DNA of 63,959 nt, filler included, from Bigelowiella natans CCMP2755 (lineage: Eukaryota > Protista > Cercozoa): the NCBI GenBank assembly GCA_000320545.1. It is 6 parts of 6 records of this genome, joined end to end, with 100 filler letters (N's around TTAATTAATTAA, not from the genome) between each part and the next. Parts side by side here need not be neighbours in the genome. Positions count along the whole stretch, not along the records: positions 20,912 to 44,756 come from ADNK01001823.1; positions 44,857 to 47,318 come from ADNK01003384.1; positions 47,419 to 48,639 come from ADNK01001770.1; positions 48,740 to 63,959 come from ADNK01001376.1; 2 more parts are not named here. One strand, 5' to 3'. Shown here one piece after another: positions 39,644 through 51,366 of the stretch. The translations under genes and the position numbers were made by a program. The notes beneath the pieces are model-generated. The model saw nothing but the letters and a program-made list of their open reading frames with translations, had not been told where the DNA came from and did no database searches. The first letter of the stretch is position 1; the number at the start of each line of letters is the position of its first letter.

Positions 39644-40741
39644 GGAGGGCGCATATGTGGTCCTCTTTCAGAAGAAGAATAGCTGATGCATTTTAAAGCC
39701 GAACGATCATGTTGTCAATGCTCCATTTTCACGATGGGGCATTTTAGCCACTATACGTCAACGAAATTATTGATCACGAATCTTGGTTATACTTCGAGAT
39801 ACCGATTGTTGATATGAAGTATTATTGTCATAATAATAGGCGTTTGGCGTGTTTATAGACAGGATGGGAAAGGCCGAGAATTCTGATGGTGTGTCGTTGG
39901 CGAATGCCATCACATCAACATAGTGAATATCATCGTTATCATCATGCATACACCCTTAGGAGCCAGAGATACACTGTTGTTAGTGACATGGTGTTCTTAT
40001 ACCAAATAGGCCGGCGCGCATTGCTTCTCTGTAGCCTGTTGATGTTCGCTCTCCCGGTCATGTCTTTTCGCCTGTCAGAATGGGCGCTCGCGGCATTACG
40101 GTTGGTATCTTAGATCATCTTCGCAGATCAGTGAATTTCGCATTCTATTACTCATTTCGATGATCACAGGTTTTATGTTTGTTATGTTTTATATTGTGTG
40201 CTGAGAGTTAATGCAGCATACTGCCCTAATCCATGTCCCATTCGATATTTTCCGCATTAGACCTGGCATCTCGACCAGTTCACGTCTGGCGATCTCAGGT
40301 GGGGGCGTGAGATGTCACAATGATGACTACGATGGTGGAGTTACTACAATAATAAGAGTTGGTAGAAGCTATGGGTTCAACAATCCGCAACTCTCGTAAT
40401 CAGAACCAAAAAATGTGAAGTGGAAAAATACTTGTTTTCTTTCATTAGAACTGCTAGAAAAAATGTTATTTTTCCATCTGTAAGCGATGATTTTTAAGTT
40501 GCGGTCCGTTCGTACTACAGGAGTCATAGCTCTTTTGGTGACGAAGGTTTGCGCTCTGAGTTTCATCGTGGTCGCTTACCGTCTTGACGAGGCAGCAGAG
40601 AAGGCTAATGATGCTGAAGAAATTGCAGCTACGGGCAGCGGAGGCAAATCCATAGGAGGAGAAATGGCAAAGAAAGCTCCAAAATTGAATCAGCAAAAAC
40701 AGCAAAATGTTGAAGGGTTGCTTGTGAAAAAAAATCAGTAA
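35570..40741 (+). CDS. Large multi-exon multi-pass membrane protein; weak resemblance to GPI ethanolamine-phosphate transferase architecture
   Basis: Many plus-strand exons with canonical splice sites, several hydrophobic exons in the 3' half, last exon ending at 40741. Start, exon chain and whether this is one gene are uncertain. Confidence 0.45.
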
Positions 40742-41768
40742 AGGTGCATTTCGCTAACCTAGCTCGCCGATGCAGGAAGATAAATTGCTACGCTCCTCGT
40801 TGTGCATGAATTTTCACAACACAACAAAGAATCCCGCGTTTCCGTGTTTCATGAGAATTGAGCCACAATTCATTGCTAGATTGTCTGCGATGTTACTACT
40901 CGTATGGCCAGGTCCATCACTGTTATCACACCTATTCAGCATGGATGAACCTGCTGAATGCTAGAATGCCCCATGTGCACAGATCGAATCTAGGAACGAT
41001 CGAAGAGGGACAGAGGGGACACGCACGCTCCACGCTTGCTAGCTTGCACTGCCTGCGCACATGAACAAGAACAAGAACTGCACCTCCAAAACGTTGCAAG
41101 ACGTTTGCAGTGTGCGAAACGCAGTGCCTCGAACTAGCTTCAGTGAGGACCAACTGGTGAACCAGCTGTGGGTCATTTTCCAAATTGGCAATCTAGCCAT
41201 GCTAGCATGGTGTGTAACAACACAACTGACAATGATGTGGCGGCGACGCAAAGCATCTGCTCTGAGCATGCATGCAGGAAGTGCACGTGCACGCAGGCAA
41301 CGTTGCAGGTTGTTGTCCATTGAACCGTTTGCACGATGTTGTTGTTCATTGTTGCATTTGACTGCCATGAACCTTCATCAACTTGGACCGCGCACGTTGG
41401 AATTGAGCTGCGTTCGATCGCTCGTTCGCTCGTCGTGTGCATCCACGCGTGCATGTGCATTGTCACGCATCGATTTGCACACGCCAGACACCGTGCTGTG
41501 CAGCTGTTCCAAGACAAAAAGGACCCCGCAGATCCAGTGACGGGAACGGATTTGAGGATGGTGCTTGTGATGAGAACCACGTCATTCAGGCAAAAATCAA
41601 TACGAAGAACAACCATAATTGTTCTTCCTAGCACTTTGAGGGGATGATTCATTGTCATTTTCATTCAGCGACATCAAAATATCATGGTATTTCTAAAAAA
41701 ATCCACACATCTACATCTGACAGAGGAGGAGGGAGGCTTCCTCCCTTCACCTGGCAGAGCGAGGGACA

Positions 41769-42536
41769 ATGAGGCTCGCTGCGACGGTGCTGACGCTAAT
41801 GATACTCACCAGTACCCACACAGACCTAGCTGCAGGCACAGATACGGCGGAGCGGCACCTAGTAAACTTTGTACTTCTCGGAGCAACAGGTAACGATGAG
41901 CACCACCTCGAACGATGCTCATCCACAATGATGTTCACATTTTATCATAAATGATGAAGGCGATCTCTCCGCAAAATACCTCTGGACAAGCTTGTGGAAG
42001 CTCTACCAGGATGAGGAAGAGGGGAGAGGAACACGAAGGCTGCGAGTCACCGCGGCTGCCCGTGACGAACCCGAAGCTGGAACGAAAAGGATCCGTGCGC
42101 TCATCCACGTAAAAACGAAGAAGAGAACAGAACGTCTATCGAGATCATTTCTCATAATGTGAATAGATCATTCTTGTATTTTCTTTCCGACTTATACCGA
42201 CTGTTCGGGTCGAACCCAATCCCTTTTGTTTACGGAGAACGGTTTGATTCCAAACGGGGGGGGTCAACAACTTTTCTCACGCGTGCTACTTCTACACAAA
42301 TTCAAGGATGCTACTACGATGTGTGACCATGGGAATGTTGATGACGCTAACCACGACAGCGCCCTCTGCCAAAAAAACAGAGTATGCTATTCAAAGAATA
42401 ATATGTTCGAAGCGCCTACCAATATGCAAGTTGTATAGGGTCTGCTTCTCACTTTTTAAAGCTATTGCCACAACCACCGCTATTATCTGCACAATCGTAA
42501 GCAGTATTGATAACAGCATAGGCATCGTCGTTATCG

Positions 42537-42576
<40 letters not shown>

Positions 42577-43177
42577 TTTCCTTATCATCCTGTTACCAGA
42601 GGGAGTTCTTCTCTGCAGTGTCGTACAGGCAGCTCAAACGGAAAGAGCATTGGATCGAAATGTGTGCCAAGGTAGATGAAGTCATCATCACCTTCTATTC
42701 CACTGCTACTACTACATACTAGCACCGCAACCCGCTCGTTGAGTTTCTCAGTCTACTGAGTAGTCCGAAACTCATCGCCATTCTGGTGATATTGCAATCG
42801 TGAAGTAATACAAGTCATGCCGTTGTCTTCTTCCTCCTTCCTCTGAAGTTAAATCAGACCGATCAGGAGGATAAATGGGGGGAGGAGGTTGCTCGCATTT
42901 TCTTCCTAGCGATTCCCCCCTTCGCCTACCCCGAAGTCGCACAGGCTATCAGAAGCTACTGCAGACCGAAGGAAGGGACGCGACTGCGTGTGGCATTCGA
43001 AAAGCCGTTTGGATCTAGCCTTGAAAGTGCGTCGCGACTTCAGCAGCAGGTCACACATCTGGATACTATTTTCTTAATAATATAGAGGGGGGGGGGGATG
43101 AATTCATGTCCCGGAGTTTCTCCACTGCTGAACCAGCGCCAATCCTTTCCTCCCTCCCTTCCTCCTCCCTTCAAATG

Positions 43178-43219
<42 letters not shown>

Positions 43220-43623
43220 TATTTATTTATATTATTGTCCCCTTCCTTCTTACGCAGGTAACTGAAGGGTTTGCAGCGGAGGAAGTGCTACACATCGACC
43301 ATTATCTGGGCAAGGTGGGCAAGAAGAGAGAGAGAGAGAGAAAAGCGAGATATAAGAGCACACGCCAAATCATGAGTGTCCCTTATGAAATGGCCACTAC
43401 TAGTTTGAACACCGAATAGGTCATCGTCGGTATTTTCAATCAGTACCGTAAGATTTCCTTCCTGACTTTTCCTTGCTCGAAAGGCCAGATGATGCAAAAT
43501 TGACGCTTGTGAATGAGAGCACAAGCTTATGCACACCTTGGATTTTTCCTCCTGGATCTATCTCCCCTTGCTACTGCTTCTACTACTACTACTGCTGCTG
43601 CTAGTTTTCTCTTCTTTCCCACA

Positions 43624-43670
<47 letters not shown>

Positions 43671-43764
43671 CAGGCTGTGGTGCGGGATCTTCTCAGGCTT
43701 CGTAGACAGAGCCCAAACCTTATAGATGAGAAGATCGACGCGGGGTGAACATATTAGAATTCTA

Positions 43765-43828
<64 letters not shown>

Positions 43829-43922
43829 TATCGTTCTTGCTGTGATACCCTGCCCTACCTGCAGCCGTTTGTCGCGTGTGGACATTGTCATAAGGGAGAG
43901 CATTGATTCGAAAGGGAGAACC

Positions 43923-43960
<38 letters not shown>

Positions 43961-44515
43961 TCATGTGCAAGCGCCTGTCTGTGTGTTGGGGAGGGGGGGT
44001 GGGGGCTCCACGAAATAGCAATCAATTAGTATGCATCCATCGCTGCAAGGAATCTCGAGAAATACTTCGATCTTACTCGGTCTCTTTTTATTTGCCTCCA
44101 CTTCTGAACTCTTACTTTTGGGTTTTTTTTTCTAATTCTTACTCTACTTTGGCATCGTCCGCTGTCGCTGCTACGACTTCCATGCGTGTGTGCTCACTAA
44201 AGCATTCGTGTATAATAAAAAATAGTGATATTAGTAATAATAATAACAATGATGATGATGATGATGATGCGCGTCTTTTTTCAGCTTCTACAACGACAAT
44301 GGGGTCATTCGAGACGTCCTACAGGTAAGGTTGAAGATGTACGTGTGAGGTGAGCGTAAGGGGGGGGGGGGGCAAAATAAGAGTCGTGCGTGCTGCATGA
44401 TGAGTGTAAGTAATACTACAACTCTATTATCATCATCATTATTGAGTCTTTTGTTGTGACGGCGTTAGAATCATGCTACTGAGCTACTCTTGCTCGTAGC
44501 AGCCCCTCTGCCCAA
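41769..44515 (+). CDS. H6PD: Hexose-6-phosphate dehydrogenase-like (G6PD family) with signal peptide, 5' part truncated by gap
   Basis: MRLAATVLTLMILTS...VNFVLLGATG|DLSAKYLWTSLWKLY; RIFFLAIPPFAY...CRP...LRVAFEKPFG; IDHYLGK; KGRTS|FYNDNGVIRDVLQ|NH. Confidence 0.88.
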
Positions 44516-44601
44516 GGGGGGGGGGGGGGGAAAGGGTTTCCAGGGACTGGGGAAACAAAAAAAGGGGGAAAAATGCCCCCCACTTTCCCTTCCCCCTGGT
44601 C

Positions 44602-44633
<32 letters not shown>

Positions 44634-44756
44634 TGGGGCGGGGAGGGGGGATAAAAAAAAAATATTTTTTTTTGGACAGCGGTGACCACATTTTGTTAGG
44701 GTAAGGGGGTGGGTGGCCCGCAGATTATTTAAATAATTTCATTAATTTTTCTCTAC

Positions 44757-44856
44757 NNNNNNNNNNNNNNNNNNNNNNNNNNNNNNNNNNNNNNNNNNNN
44801 TTAATTAATTAANNNNNNNNNNNNNNNNNNNNNNNNNNNNNNNNNNNNNNNNNNNN
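44757..44856. other. Artificial contig spacer
   Basis: N44-TTAATTAATTAA-N44. Confidence 0.98.
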
Positions 44857-45069
44857 GATGGGGTCAGGGGGGTCCTTTTTTTTTTTTTTTTTTTTTTCCG
44901 GCTGGATATCCCCATTGCCAATCAAACCCCTTGAGGGAGGAGGGGGAAAACCGCTTTTTTTTTCTCCCCAGGAAATTTTTTCCCCCTGGAAACCATACTT
45001 TATATATATATATATATATTTATATATAATATACTCCCCCCCGGGGTAAACCCCCCCCCCCCCCCCCAA

Positions 45070-45182
45070 CTCTCTTTGTCCTGTACTACGAGAGTTGAAT
45101 GACCTCCTCGACGTAGGCCCTTCTCCCCTGAGAAAGGGGAATCAAAAAGACAATATACATATATCAATGATCCGATAGCAAT

Positions 45183-45219
<37 letters not shown>

Positions 45220-45574
45220 TGAGATCTGCCGATGTTGTCGGGGTGGTATTCAAACCTGTTGTTCTTTGCGCTAGCCCCGCTTTGTGTTTCCTTGAAAGTA
45301 AAAACAACAATTCCAACAACAATTCCAACAACTATTCCAACAACAACAGCAACAACTACTACTACTTTCAGACGTGCATAAAGGGAGGAGAGAAGGACGA
45401 GGATTGCATGTAGGTGTCCGTCTCTCCCATTTCTCAACCATTACATCTTCTCCTCCTGTTTTGGTGCTATCTTCTGCCTTAAGCGCTTTCTCAATCAACG
45501 AAGTCTTTGCCCCCACAAAGTAGGCCATAATCTCCACAGATCTTCCACAACAACATGTGTAGTCATTTCACACG

Positions 45575-45631
<57 letters not shown>

Positions 45632-46088
45632 GGAGAGGAGTAGAGCTATTGCATTGGTTGTGATGGTGATAGCAATCGTGAGCAGTGCTGCTGGTGAGAG
45701 TGCGAATTAAGATCTTTTAAGTGTCCAAATACACTCGTAGCTGGTTGGCTCTAATAATAACACGATGTTTGCCGGCCCCTTCCCCCCACCCACTACCTTT
45801 GGTTGTGCTCCTTCTTCTCTCCTCCTTCTGCTCTGCCAGCACCGCCCATAAACGTGTTTACTGGCACGTGAAGCTTTACAGTCTTCTCGTATACCTGGAA
45901 TCGTGCAGGGTTATGTATATATATAGATACATATGTATATATTTTCTATATTAGATTTCCGTTTCATTGTATTTGTTATTATCATTATCACTGCCGTGAT
46001 TGTCATCATACGCATATGATTATATCATCTGCACTCGTGCATTCATCCTGGAAGAAGAAGACGAAGAATCGAAATATTGCAGCTCTAT

Positions 46089-46163
<75 letters not shown>

Positions 46164-46412
46164 CACCCGCTTCATCTCCGAAATTCTATTGTGAGACTCG
46201 ATTCTCATACGTTCCCGCTGAGAAGATAGTAGCAACCATATGACGACGATGATGATGATGATGACCGATGTTGATGACAATTGTGACTAATACGAACATG
46301 ATGCAGACAGGATGGAGAGGTAAAGTAATCTTCCAAATCTGACAAGGAGATTTAAAATCCACCTTCTCTGCCTTAACCCGCCTCTCCCTCCCTCCTTTAC
46401 AGTATCATCATT

Positions 46413-46444
<32 letters not shown>

Positions 46445-46967
46445 TGTCATCATCAGCGTCGTCATCAAGAAAAGAGCGAGCGAGAGAGAAAAGCGGCACT
46501 CACATCAATAAGGAGGTCTCTGACTTTGATACGGCAATGTCCTAGAGGATTCTTGTCAAACTTTTCAGAATCCCACACCTGTTTAATTGTATTATTCCAT
46601 CAGACTGGCAGAAGAAAATGAAAAGGAGGGAGGGAGGGAGGGAGGGAGGGAGAGAAAGAGAAATCACACGCGGATAAGGAAGATAGACAAACGGAGACGT
46701 GTTACAACTTTCAGCTCAATGAATGAATCTATCCAGCCTCCCCGTTTAATGACCTTACTCTGATGAAATGATATCATGATGACATTAGCAAATCAATGAA
46801 AGAAGATGGGGAAGAAGAGTAGCAAAGAGAAAGACGAAAGGGAAATCAGCTCAATGCTTAGCAATATGAGGAAAGGGGGGGGGGAGGGGGGGAGGGGGCA
46901 TGCGAGAAGCAAGCATAGCGTTGAAATTCAAGAGACATAAGTAGATCCAACACATATATTACATATG

Positions 46968-47000
<33 letters not shown>

Positions 47001-47110
47001 TTTTAAATACACATATAGCACACGACCGGCAGCTGGAAAGCAAACCATTCTCTGAAGTTTGGATGGTTTGAGTCCTTTATCACCTTTGAATACCTTCGTC
47101 GCAGCAGCAA
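45070..47110 (-). CDS. Internal exons of a gene with a probable C2 domain
   Basis: Exon at about 46505-46579 encodes VWDSEKFDKNPLGHCRIKVRDLL. Other short exons have canonical splice sites. Confidence 0.5.
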
Positions 47111-47318
47111 GCAGCAGCAGCATCCACAAACAAAACAACAACAGGACGAAGCAATGTGATAGAGAGGCCGTTTGTTAGCTTCTATGATTTGGTGGGTAGC
47201 AGTAGCAGCAATGATACTTGCAGTGGTAGCAGTAGTAGTTAAAAGAAGAAAGGGAGAGATAAATCATGCAGGGTTCTTTAAACAAACGGACATTTCTGGA
47301 AACTACTCCCCCCCCCCA

Positions 47319-47418
47319 NNNNNNNNNNNNNNNNNNNNNNNNNNNNNNNNNNNNNNNNNNNNTTAATTAATTAANNNNNNNNNNNNNNNNNNNNNNNNNN
47401 NNNNNNNNNNNNNNNNNN
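47319..47418. other. Artificial contig spacer
   Basis: N44-TTAATTAATTAA-N44. Confidence 0.98.
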
Positions 47419-47518
47419 TCATCATCATCACCATCATCATCATCATCACCATCACCATCACCATCATCATCATCATCATCATCATCACCATCATCATCAT
47501 CACCATCATCACCATTAC

Positions 47519-48185
47519 CAAGATATGGTTTGAGCGGCTCCGATATGCCCTCACCTAGACACACCATTAAGATTCTTGTGAAAGCCAAAACGCGCTCGAT
47601 CGATTCATTCATTCTACAACAAGCGTCGCACGCTGCTGCTGTATCATTGGAACTACTACTACCACTACTACTACTACTACCTCTGATGGTATAGATTCGT
47701 CAAAGGTTGAGTCGGCAGGTAGCAGAGGAATGTGAGGACATTTGAAAAGGCTACGGCTGGGCACATGAGCGGGATTCGATATGAGCTGAGAATAATTCCA
47801 TAAGAGGCTGAGGTGCTTGCGTATGATTAGCAAGTGCAAAGAAGCCTTACCTGGGCTTTGAGCGTTGTGAATACGTTAGTCATTCCTGGTGATGATGATG
47901 GTAATAACGATGAATTCATGATTAACACATGCACACACATACACACACACAAACTCACACACATCATCATCATCATCATCATCGTCATCATCACCATCGT
48001 CATCACTAGCCTCCTCCTCATCGTAGTTAATAGCGCTACTAGTTACGATCGAGATTATGACCTCCTTCATCAGCATCTTGCATCTCCCTAGGAAATCGTA
48101 TTATTCTGCCTCTGTCTCCACCTTCTGTAACTGACAGCATATAGCATACCAAACACACGCTCTGTGTGTGCGTCGCGATTATGTA

Positions 48186-48218
<33 letters not shown>

Positions 48219-48361
48219 CGTATATACTCTCCTTACGGATGATTTGTAAGGTGACCGACTCAATCTCACTATCATCTTCACACAGCAGCCTGACTATCAT
48301 TACCATCGTCCTCCTGATTGGACGCTGCGAACCAATTCTCGTAGCGCACGTGCTTCAATAC
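47519..48361 (-). CDS. Internal exons of a hypothetical gene
   Basis: Short GT/AG-bounded exons (LKHVRYENWFAASNQEDD, GMTNVFTTLKAQ, ERVLAFTRILMVCLGEGISEPLKPYL). Confidence 0.4.
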
Positions 48362-48476
48362 CTTCAACAAGAACGTAAATTATCATCATCATCATCATCA
48401 CCATCATCATCACCACCACCACCACCAGCACCTACAAATGATGACAACAAGCGATGTGCCTATACCATGTAATATC

Positions 48477-48517
<41 letters not shown>

Positions 48518-48639
48518 GTCTTTGATCTTCTAGAAGATATGAAGAAAACCGCACGTAGCATGCATGTATTATGGTGATGATGATGATTTTGCTGATATGC
48601 GTGCCGCCCTTATTCCTCTTGCACTTCCGACTTCCCCCC

Positions 48640-48739
48640 NNNNNNNNNNNNNNNNNNNNNNNNNNNNNNNNNNNNNNNNNNNNTTAATTAATTAANNNNN
48701 NNNNNNNNNNNNNNNNNNNNNNNNNNNNNNNNNNNNNNN
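48640..48739. other. Artificial contig spacer
   Basis: N44-TTAATTAATTAA-N44. Confidence 0.98.
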
Positions 48740-48760
48740 GGTCATCATCCTAGCAACGAT

Positions 48761-48791
<31 letters not shown>

Positions 48792-50050
48792 CTAAGTGCC
48801 CAAATGGCAAAAAGCATGCGAAAGAAGAGGAGGGGGGGAAGGGGAAGGGGAAGGAGGAGAAGAAGGAGGAAGAGGGGGAGGAGGAGGAAGAGGAGGAGGG
48901 AGGGGGGGGAGAGAGAGATTCCACGGTGCTGGAAATCCGTTCAGATAGACTCGTGCGCAAGGAGGAAAAGGACCCGAGCAAAGGGGAGCCGGGTGCATGG
49001 CCACAGCAGCCGCAGCAGCAGCAGCAGCAGTCGTTGGGCAGCAGCAGCACCAGCAGCGGAACGAGCGCCGACCTCATCTCGCTCCTGGAGCAATTCGAGA
49101 GCAGCGCTCTCGCCGCCCGCCGCCGCCGCCGTTCCAATGGCACCCTCTCGGCGGCCAGCTCGAGGATGATGAGCAGCAAAGCGAGCAGCAGGTCAAGCTT
49201 CGTAGACGATATGGAATTCGAGTACCCCGTCTGCTGCGGGCTGCAGCGCCGCGACTCGAGTCAGGAACACTTCCTCAACTGGAGGGACCGACTCGCCACC
49301 ACCCTGTGCGTTCTCCTCATGCTCGGGTGCTGGCTGCTTATCGCGCTGCTGGGCGCTGGCTTTGACGACTTCGACTTCAACCTGGACGTTGTCCTCGTGA
49401 TCGTCCTGGCCTGGGCCCAGGACTTCATCTTCCGCACGGTGGTAATGCTGCTGGTCAACGTCCTCCTCTTCGCGCCGCTCTGCTGCCTCCGCTCGTCCCC
49501 CCGCCCGGGGGAGGGGCACCAAAATACCGGGACGCCCTCAAGGGCCACAGTCGACAGCAAGCTGCCTTGGAGCACCCTCCCGTCTACGCATCAGCCGCGC
49601 GCGGAGGATCGGAAGAGGGGGGGGAGCCCGGCAGTGAGCATCAAGTTCCGAGCGGAGAACCTGGGCTTCAAGTTCCTGCGAATGAGAGTGACCGAGATCG
49701 TGCCCGGGTCGCAGGCTGAAAGGCTCGGTGTGAAGGTGGGGTGGAGAGTCCGCAAGGTGCAGAGCGAACCCGTTTTCACCGACGCGGACCTTGCGAGCGC
49801 CTTGCTCGACTGCCACAAGACTCAGCCGAAGTTTCGAGTGCAATTCGAGGTTGACAACGGCGCCGCTCATGCCGATGCTGCTGTGGATGGCGCTGCCGCC
49901 GGCAGCGCCATCCAAACACACCGTTCCTCGCTTATTGGCGGGGTAGCTTCTACTGCTGCCCTGCAATCGTCACAACCGCAGCTCCCTCTCGACGTTAATG
50001 CTTCCATTGCGAGCGGCCGAAGTCGGCAAGGGTCTATTCCGCCGATGTAA
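48740..50050 (+). CDS. Last exon of a membrane protein with two TM helices and a C-terminal PDZ domain
   Basis: GC-rich ORF; TM segments LATTLCVLLMLGCWLLIALLG and VVLVIVLAWAQDF; PDZ pattern LGFKF...VTEIVPGSQAERLGVKVGWRVRKV. Confidence 0.75.
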
Positions 50051-51366
50051 ATAATTGCATGCTTGTAGATGCTCGCGGCTTTTTCTTAGTGCGCTGTGGG
50101 CGTGTTCGCAATGGCACGGTGGTATCTTGGAAGGGGTATGAGAATGAGGACGTCAGCGTGTGCGTTTCTATACAGTAAGGGAAGGTTTAGACATGGCATT
50201 TAAAGACGGTTAGACGGGAGCACGCTGATAATACACATGTCGATAGATATTTCGGCGTGCGCAGTCGTATGCCGCTAGTATCGTGGTCAGGATGTAGCAC
50301 TCTAGAAATCACAAGTAGTATGATGGTGACACCATGCTAGCATGTCTCGATGTCGTAGATGCGGACATGACTAGATGACTAGACGATGAATGATGCAGAA
50401 TCTTTGGATGCTTCATTGTGCCTGCTAGCCTGTACATGTAAACGGTCGCTCCCGCTGCTAGCCCGGCCAGCACACGACCAAGATGTAGCTAGCTTAGCTA
50501 GCTAGCTAGGCGTGCGAGAATGATGTGAGAAAGCTTGAAAGTGGCAAACTGAAGCTACCAGCTAGCTAGCTAGCAACAACACTGCTAGACTGTGTTCTTG
50601 TTGCAGCATGCATGACACATCGGACGCTTGCTAGCTTGTCTGCATGGTGTGTGGCGTGGCTCTCCATCGCTGCTATTCTAGCATTGTTCATTTTGAAATC
50701 GTGTAGTCCATGTTGCACAATGAAATTCTGCGTTGCTAGTGGCACCACTTGGGTTGTTATTTGTCATGGCGCACATGCTAGCGTGGCATGCTGCATGGCT
50801 CAGCTAACTAAAAATCTAACAATTGCATTTGTGTCAGCATGCATGCACTCATCACATCGCTAGATCGCTTGCATGCTATGATTCTCATTCAACGATCATT
50901 CAAGCAAGAACGTGAGAGTCACCGATCCTCTGAAACCTCATTGTCACACGACGAAGATTGGTCTTGATTCTCATCGATGTGCATCACATCACTAGCAGCC
51001 ATCACGTTGACAAATTATGACAAATTACCAAAATTGCCATGACATGTTTGAAACTTGACATGCCGGTCAATTGACGACTAACAACTTCTCCAACTCGTAG
51101 ATTGATCCAAAGTGTGAATTCCCTGGTAATTTCTCAAAAAAGAAAGTCGCAGCACTATTCTCACGCACATGAAACACACACAAAAATGAAGGTGGTGTGC
51201 GCTATTCGCTTTCCAACTACATAGTAGTCATGTTAAATGGAATATAGTGTCACATATTAGGCAAGAATGAGTGAAAGAGGGGCCTAGTAACCCCTGCGCG
51301 TCTCCATCATCTGCCCTATCTCCTTCGTCTCTCTTCGCCTCCTCCACCACTACCACCGCTCAGCAC

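Noticed and set aside
41597-44320. A minus-strand membrane-protein gene
   Set aside because: Plus-strand exons assemble into a clear G6PD/H6PD with canonical splice sites.
44516-45070. G/C/A homopolymer-rich sequence beside gaps (also about 20570-20811) as G-quadruplex or telomere-like elements
   Set aside because: Looks like low-quality read tails at contig ends.
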